DNA of 62,609 nt, the filler included. It is 3 parts of 3 records of this genome, joined end to end, with 100 filler letters (N's around TTAATTAATTAA, not from the genome) between each part and the next. Parts side by side here need not be neighbours in the genome. Positions count along the whole stretch, not along the records: positions 39,437 to 62,609 come from SRR20825006_2550; 2 more parts are not named here. One strand, 5' to 3'. Made by a program: the position numbers and the translations under genes. Positions 58,446 to 62,609 of the stretch are shown one piece after another (position 1 is the stretch's first letter; each line of letters begins with the position of its first letter). The notes below the pieces were generated by a model that was not told the DNA's origin, searched no databases, and worked only from the letters and a program-made list of their open reading frames with translations.

Positions 58446-60263
58446 TCAACTGCGCGCGGCGGACGAGCCGAGCGAGGATTGCATGGTGCGCACGATGACG
58501 AATGCATCGCGCAAATGCGAGCGCTCAAAGGCCGGAAGGGCCGAGGGGCTCATGAAATTGTCGGGCGGGGTGCCATCGCGCACCTGTGCGGCCTGATGTT
58601 CCAACCGGGCGGTGGCGATTGTGTCATAGGCGGCAAGCAAATCCTTGCCGCCACTCTCGGAAATCACGTGGGCCTCAATCGCCGCCTCGATGCGCGCGCG
58701 GGTGTTTACGGCGGTGAATGTGCCCTGAAGTGCATAGACCCTCCCAAGATCAACAATCGGCACCACCCCGTTGTGTTTCATGTCCAAAGCATTGCGATGT
58801 TCGCCGGATTTGATCGTGGCAAAGCCGCGCAGCAGGCCCAAGGGCGGGGTGTGTTTGAGTGAATTGGCAATCATATGGGCGACAAAGATCGAGTTCTTCG
58901 CAGCGGCTTTCAAAGCCGTGTCCTGCAACGGTATGAACAGGCTGTGATCGCCTGAAATCGGTCGCAGGTCATACATGACGGAGGCCAACATTTGCGCCTC
59001 AGTGTCGGGGGCGCTGATCCATTTGTTGAAATAGCCCTCCCAAACCGACAGCTTTTGACACCACCGATCCGTGATCGCCATCATGTCGCCGGGACAATAG
59101 ACATAGCCGCAGGCGTTAAGCCCGTCGCAGGTGAATTTGGCCAGCTTGCGGAAATAGGCCATATCGGTCTCTGTTGCAGCATTGTCGATGATCAAACAAT
59201 TGTCCTGATCCGACACGCCAGTCTGTTCACGCCGCCCTTGCGACCCACAGGCGGCCCACAGATAGGGCACAGGAGCGGGGCCAAATTCATCCTCGGCCAT
59301 TTTCAACAGGCGCCGGGTGACGATATCGGCGATGTCGGTGATCTTTCGTGTCACCACATCATGCGCCAGATGTGCGCCGACAAGTTGCATGAGAAATTCG
59401 GGCAAGCGGGCCGTGACCGCAGCCATATCGACGATGGTTTTTGCGTTTGAGAGATCAAACACCATTTGGGTTTGCGACGAGCCAAAGAATCGCGTGATGT
59501 CGGTTTGGGTGACCATGCCGACCAATGTGCCGCCCTCGACAACCGGCAGGTGACCGATGTGATTTTCCAACATGACATGGATGACATCGGTGCCAAGCGC
59601 GCCGGGGTCCAGGGTGATCGGATCGCGCGCCATGATGGTGGAAACGGGCAGGGTGGTATCAAGGCTGTCGGCCAAAACTTTGTTGGTCATATCGCGCACA
59701 GTCACCAAACCAGTCAGCCGGGCACCTTCGGTCACCGCCACAGAGGAGACCATGTGATCGCGCATCATCCGCGCGCAATCGGAGATTGTGGTGGTCTCTA
59801 AGCAGGTCACAGGCGCATGGGCCATCAGGTCGGAGACATGTTGGGTCATCAGCCCCGTGGCGACTTTGGGGCGGGCTTGGCCACGGTTGAAATAGCGGGC
59901 AAAGGCCGGGTTCGCGGCCACTTCGGTTTTGAACGCCTCCGGTGTGAGTACCAAAACCGTGCACTCGGAGGCGGCGGTCGCGGTCGTCGCCGCATGCCCG
60001 TCGCGCAACAAGCCACGTTCACCGAAATGGTTCGATTTTTGCAACAGCGAGACCTGTGCGCCGTTGATGTCGGTGATCTCAACCGCACCTTCCTTGATCA
60101 GATACAGCCCCTCAAGCAACTCGCCATGGGCATAGATCACTTCGCCGTCGTTAAATTTTTTGCGGGAAAAGGAGGTGGACAGCTCCGCCAACTCACTTTC
60201 GGGCAAAACATCGTAGGGGTGGGTGGTGTGGAGAAAGCTGATGATCTTTGCGGTGGTTTCCAT
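58446..60263 (-). CDS. cNMP-binding + CBS pair + DUF294 nucleotidyltransferase-like protein
   Basis: cNMP fold (LYLIKEGAVEI..FGERGLL), CBS repeats, GSQGRREQ...SDQDN Pol-beta motif, GY.YCPGDMMA. Confidence 0.93.
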   Translation of the reverse strand: METTAKIISFLHTTHPYDVLPESELAELSTSFSRKKFNDGEVIYAHGELLEGLYLIKEGAVEITDINGAQVSLLQKSNHFGERGLLRDGHAATTATAASECTVLVLTPEAFKTEVAANPAFARYFNRGQARPKVATGLMTQHVSDLMAHAPVTCLETTTISDCARMMRDHMVSSVAVTEGARLTGLVTVRDMTNKVLADSLDTTLPVSTIMARDPITLDPGALGTDVIHVMLENHIGHLPVVEGGTLVGMVTQTDITRFFGSSQTQMVFDLSNAKTIVDMAAVTARLPEFLMQLVGAHLAHDVVTRKITDIADIVTRRLLKMAEDEFGPAPVPYLWAACGSQGRREQTGVSDQDNCLIIDNAATETDMAYFRKLAKFTCDGLNACGYVYCPGDMMAITDRWCQKLSVWEGYFNKWISAPDTEAQMLASVMYDLRPISGDHSLFIPLQDTALKAAAKNSIFVAHMIANSLKHTPPLGLLRGFATIKSGEHRNALDMKHNGVVPIVDLGRVYALQGTFTAVNTRARIEAAIEAHVISESGGKDLLAAYDTIATARLEHQAAQVRDGTPPDNFMSPSALPAFERSHLRDAFVIVRTMQSSLGSSAARS

Positions 60264-60279
60264 CGCGACTGTCCAAAGT

Positions 60280-60321
60280 AAAATTGAAAGAGGCGCGAAA
60301 GCCACTGGCCCCCGCGCCCCT
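60280..60321 (-). terminator. Terminator-like hairpin between actP and DUF294 gene
   Basis: Minus strand AGGGGCGCGGGGGCC-AGT-GGCTTTCGCGCCTCT followed by TTCAATTTT. Confidence 0.65.
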
Positions 60322-60368
60322 GTACTATGGCGACGGGCCAGCCCTGAGGCCAGCCCGAAACCCAAAGT

Positions 60369-62096
60369 TTAGTGATCGACCGCCTGGCCAGCACCGCGCG
60401 GGATGCGGATGCTTTCGACCAGTTCCTGGATCTCTACCGGCGGCTCTTCTGTTGCATTCGAGACAATGTACGCAACCGCAAAGTTGAGGATTGCACCGAC
60501 GGCTCCGAAGGAGGTCGATTTGATCGACAAGATCATCGGATCAGCGTCAGAGAAGGACGCCGTCGAGGCCACGAAGAACCAGCCCTTGTGCAGGAAGATG
60601 TAGACGATGGTCACAACCAAACCGGTGATCATGCCCGCAACCGCGCCCTTGTTGTTGATGCGCTTTGAGAAAATGCCCATCATCAACGCCGGGAAGATCG
60701 ACGCCGCCGCCAAACCAAAGGCCAGAGCCACCGTTTGCGCTGCGAAGCCCGGAGGGTTCAGGCCCAGGTAGGTTGCCACTGCGATCGCCACAGCCATTGC
60801 GACCCGAGCGGCCAAAAGTTCGCCCTTTTCGGAAATGGCTGGGTTGATCTGCGACTTGATGAGATCGTGCGACACAGCCGATGCGATGGCCATCAAAAGA
60901 CCTGCGGCGGTGGACAGAGCGGCGGCAAGACCGCCAGCGGCCACCAGCGCAATCACCCAACCCGGCAGATTGGCGATTTCCGGGTTCGCAAGCGTGATGA
61001 TGTCGTTGTTCACGGTGAACTCATTTGCGTTCTTGTCGGCCACATAGTTGATCAGGCCGTCACCGTTTTTGTCGTCAAAGCCCAAAAGACCGGTCAGTTC
61101 CCAGTTTTTGACCCAATCCGGACGCGCCTCATAGGCAAGCGGCGCTTCGGTTGTGCCATTCGGGTAGACAGTGTCGATCAAGTTAACGCGTGCCATAGCA
61201 CCCACAGCCGGAGCGGTGAGGTACAAAAGCGCGATGAACACCAAGGCCCAACCGGCAGAGGAGCGTGCATCAGACACTTTCGGCACGGTGAAGAAGCGCA
61301 CGATCACGTGCGGCAGACCCGCGGTCCCGATCATCAAAGACATGGTGAAGAGGAACATGTTGAGGGTCGTGTCAGTCTGTTTGGTGTATTCGGTAAAGCC
61401 CAAATCACCCAACATGCCATTCAGCGTTTCCAACAGCGGCAAGCCGGAGGATTTCGCATCCGAGAACAGGCCCAGCGGCGGGATCGGATTGCCGGTGAGT
61501 TGCAGCGAGATGAAGATCGCCGGGATGGTGTAGGCGATAATCAACACGACATACTGTGCCACCTGTGTGTAGGTGATGCCCTTCATGCCGCCGATAACCG
61601 CATAGAAGAATACGATGGCTGCACCGATCAACAGGCCGGTGGTGTTTTCCACTTCGAGGAACCGGGAGAAGGCCACGCCCACGCCGGTCATCTGACCGAT
61701 CACATAGGTCAGCGATGCGGTGATCAAGCAGATCACAGCCACGGTGCGTGCCGTTTGGCTATAAAAACGGTCGCCGATGAATTCCGGAACCGTGAATTTG
61801 CCAAACTTGCGCAGGTAAGGGGCAAGCAACATGGCGAGCAACACATAGCCGCCGGTCCACCCCATGAGGTAAGCAGACGTGTTGTAGCCGCCAAAGGAAA
61901 TGATACCGGCCATCGAGATGAACGATGCAGCAGACATCCAGTCCGCGCCGGTGGCCATGCCGTTGAGCACAGGGTGAACACCCCGGCCCGCCGCATAAAA
62001 TTCAGATGTGGAACCCGCACGGGCCCAAATCGCGATGCCGATGTAGAGCGCAAAGGTCGCGCCCACAACGATCAGGTTGAGGGTAAACTGGTCCAT
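60369..62096 (-). CDS. actP: Sodium:solute symporter, ActP/VC_2705-like (probable acetate/monocarboxylate permease)
   Basis: NGMATGADWMSAASF, LRKFGKFTVPEFIGDRF, GTAGLPHVIVRFFTV. Confidence 0.9.
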   Translation of the reverse strand: MDQFTLNLIVVGATFALYIGIAIWARAGSTSEFYAAGRGVHPVLNGMATGADWMSAASFISMAGIISFGGYNTSAYLMGWTGGYVLLAMLLAPYLRKFGKFTVPEFIGDRFYSQTARTVAVICLITASLTYVIGQMTGVGVAFSRFLEVENTTGLLIGAAIVFFYAVIGGMKGITYTQVAQYVVLIIAYTIPAIFISLQLTGNPIPPLGLFSDAKSSGLPLLETLNGMLGDLGFTEYTKQTDTTLNMFLFTMSLMIGTAGLPHVIVRFFTVPKVSDARSSAGWALVFIALLYLTAPAVGAMARVNLIDTVYPNGTTEAPLAYEARPDWVKNWELTGLLGFDDKNGDGLINYVADKNANEFTVNNDIITLANPEIANLPGWVIALVAAGGLAAALSTAAGLLMAIASAVSHDLIKSQINPAISEKGELLAARVAMAVAIAVATYLGLNPPGFAAQTVALAFGLAAASIFPALMMGIFSKRINNKGAVAGMITGLVVTIVYIFLHKGWFFVASTASFSDADPMILSIKSTSFGAVGAILNFAVAYIVSNATEEPPVEIQELVESIRIPRGAGQAVDH

Positions 62097-62108
62097 TCCA
62101 TGCGCTCC

Positions 62109-62366
62109 TTATTCGTCGACGCCGTGTTCTTTGTCGAGTTTGTTCATTTTTATCGCGTAGGTAAAAATGAGCACCAGGAACACGAGAATCGAGCCCTGTT
62201 GTGCAAACCAAAAGCCAAGATCCGTGCCGCCGATCTTGATGCCCGCAAGCATCGGGCGCAGCAGGATGCCAAAGCCAAAGGAGCAGATGAACCAAATCAC
62301 CAGCGAGATGACGATGATCCGCTTGTTTGCGGCCCAGTAGGCATTGTTTTCTGAGTTGTCCGCCAT
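62109..62366 (-). CDS. DUF4212 small membrane subunit of the symporter
   Basis: AYWAAN, LGFWFAQQGSI; AGGGAGG RBS before ATG 62366. Confidence 0.9.
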   Translation of the reverse strand: MADNSENNAYWAANKRIIVISLVIWFICSFGFGILLRPMLAGIKIGGTDLGFWFAQQGSILVFLVLIFTYAIKMNKLDKEHGVDE

Positions 62367-62609
62367 GTGCGGTCCTCCCTTTTGTCCCCGACCCATGCGC
62401 ACCCTGTTCCGGGCAGCATCGTGGGTCCTTTACGTTACGGGTCCCACCTCCTCGTGGGGCCCGGCTCCCTTCCCAGATGGATCAACACGGGTTGTGCGTG
62501 CGATCCGGGACCTGTGGCACCGCCCCTCATTTGGTGGAGGCGATGCGTTACTCTACCATATCTGCGTAAAATTCACGCAGTTTTTTGATACAACGAATTG
62601 CTGATCAAT

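Noticed and set aside
58446-60263. CBASS/CD-NTase or toxin-antitoxin nucleotidyltransferase
   Set aside because: cNMP-CBS-DUF294 architecture is GlnD/GlnE-like; no Cap effectors or HEPN partner

Overview
The window is not one locus. It is three unrelated contigs joined by two 100-nt artificial spacers (N-run/TTAATTAATTAA/N-run at 22125-22224 and 39337-39436). Contig A (1-22124) is Flavobacteriaceae housekeeping DNA: rpmA/rplU, an M16 peptidase pair, gldD/gldE, ssb, mutY, HU, an unannotated 29-aa bS22, RNase E/G, recX, a JmjC cupin, a divergent TonB receptor/MocR pair, GT39, an M61 peptidase and atpCD. Contig B (22225-39336) is a more AT-rich Flavobacteriaceae fragment: TlpA, M23, kynA, DUF3108, hppD, hmgA, polA, a disulfide reductase, tandem lipocalins and mfd. 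Contig C (39437-62609) is GC-rich Rhodobacteraceae-type DNA: puuE/uraH/puuD, galM plus a degenerate dgoK, copZ/copA, a type I secretion adhesin locus, a NUDIX gene and an actP-linked cluster. Taxa are inferred from gene content and composition. The best candidates for undescribed biology are: (1) an actP-linked module of a cNMP-CBS-nucleotidyltransferase (DUF294), a lone receiver, a small membrane protein and a membrane sensor/pseudokinase fused to an intact DEDDh nuclease; (2) a promoter- and terminator-bounded ~100-nt sRNA candidate complementary to two translation-start regions of the adjacent DUF3108-kynA operon; (3) a MocR regulator lacking the PLP lysine, divergent from a TonB receptor; (4) a DgoK pseudokinase; (5) L21 fused to a Rho_N-like domain. 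No CRISPR array, rRNA, tRNA or transposase was seen. All family calls come from motif recognition, not database searches.
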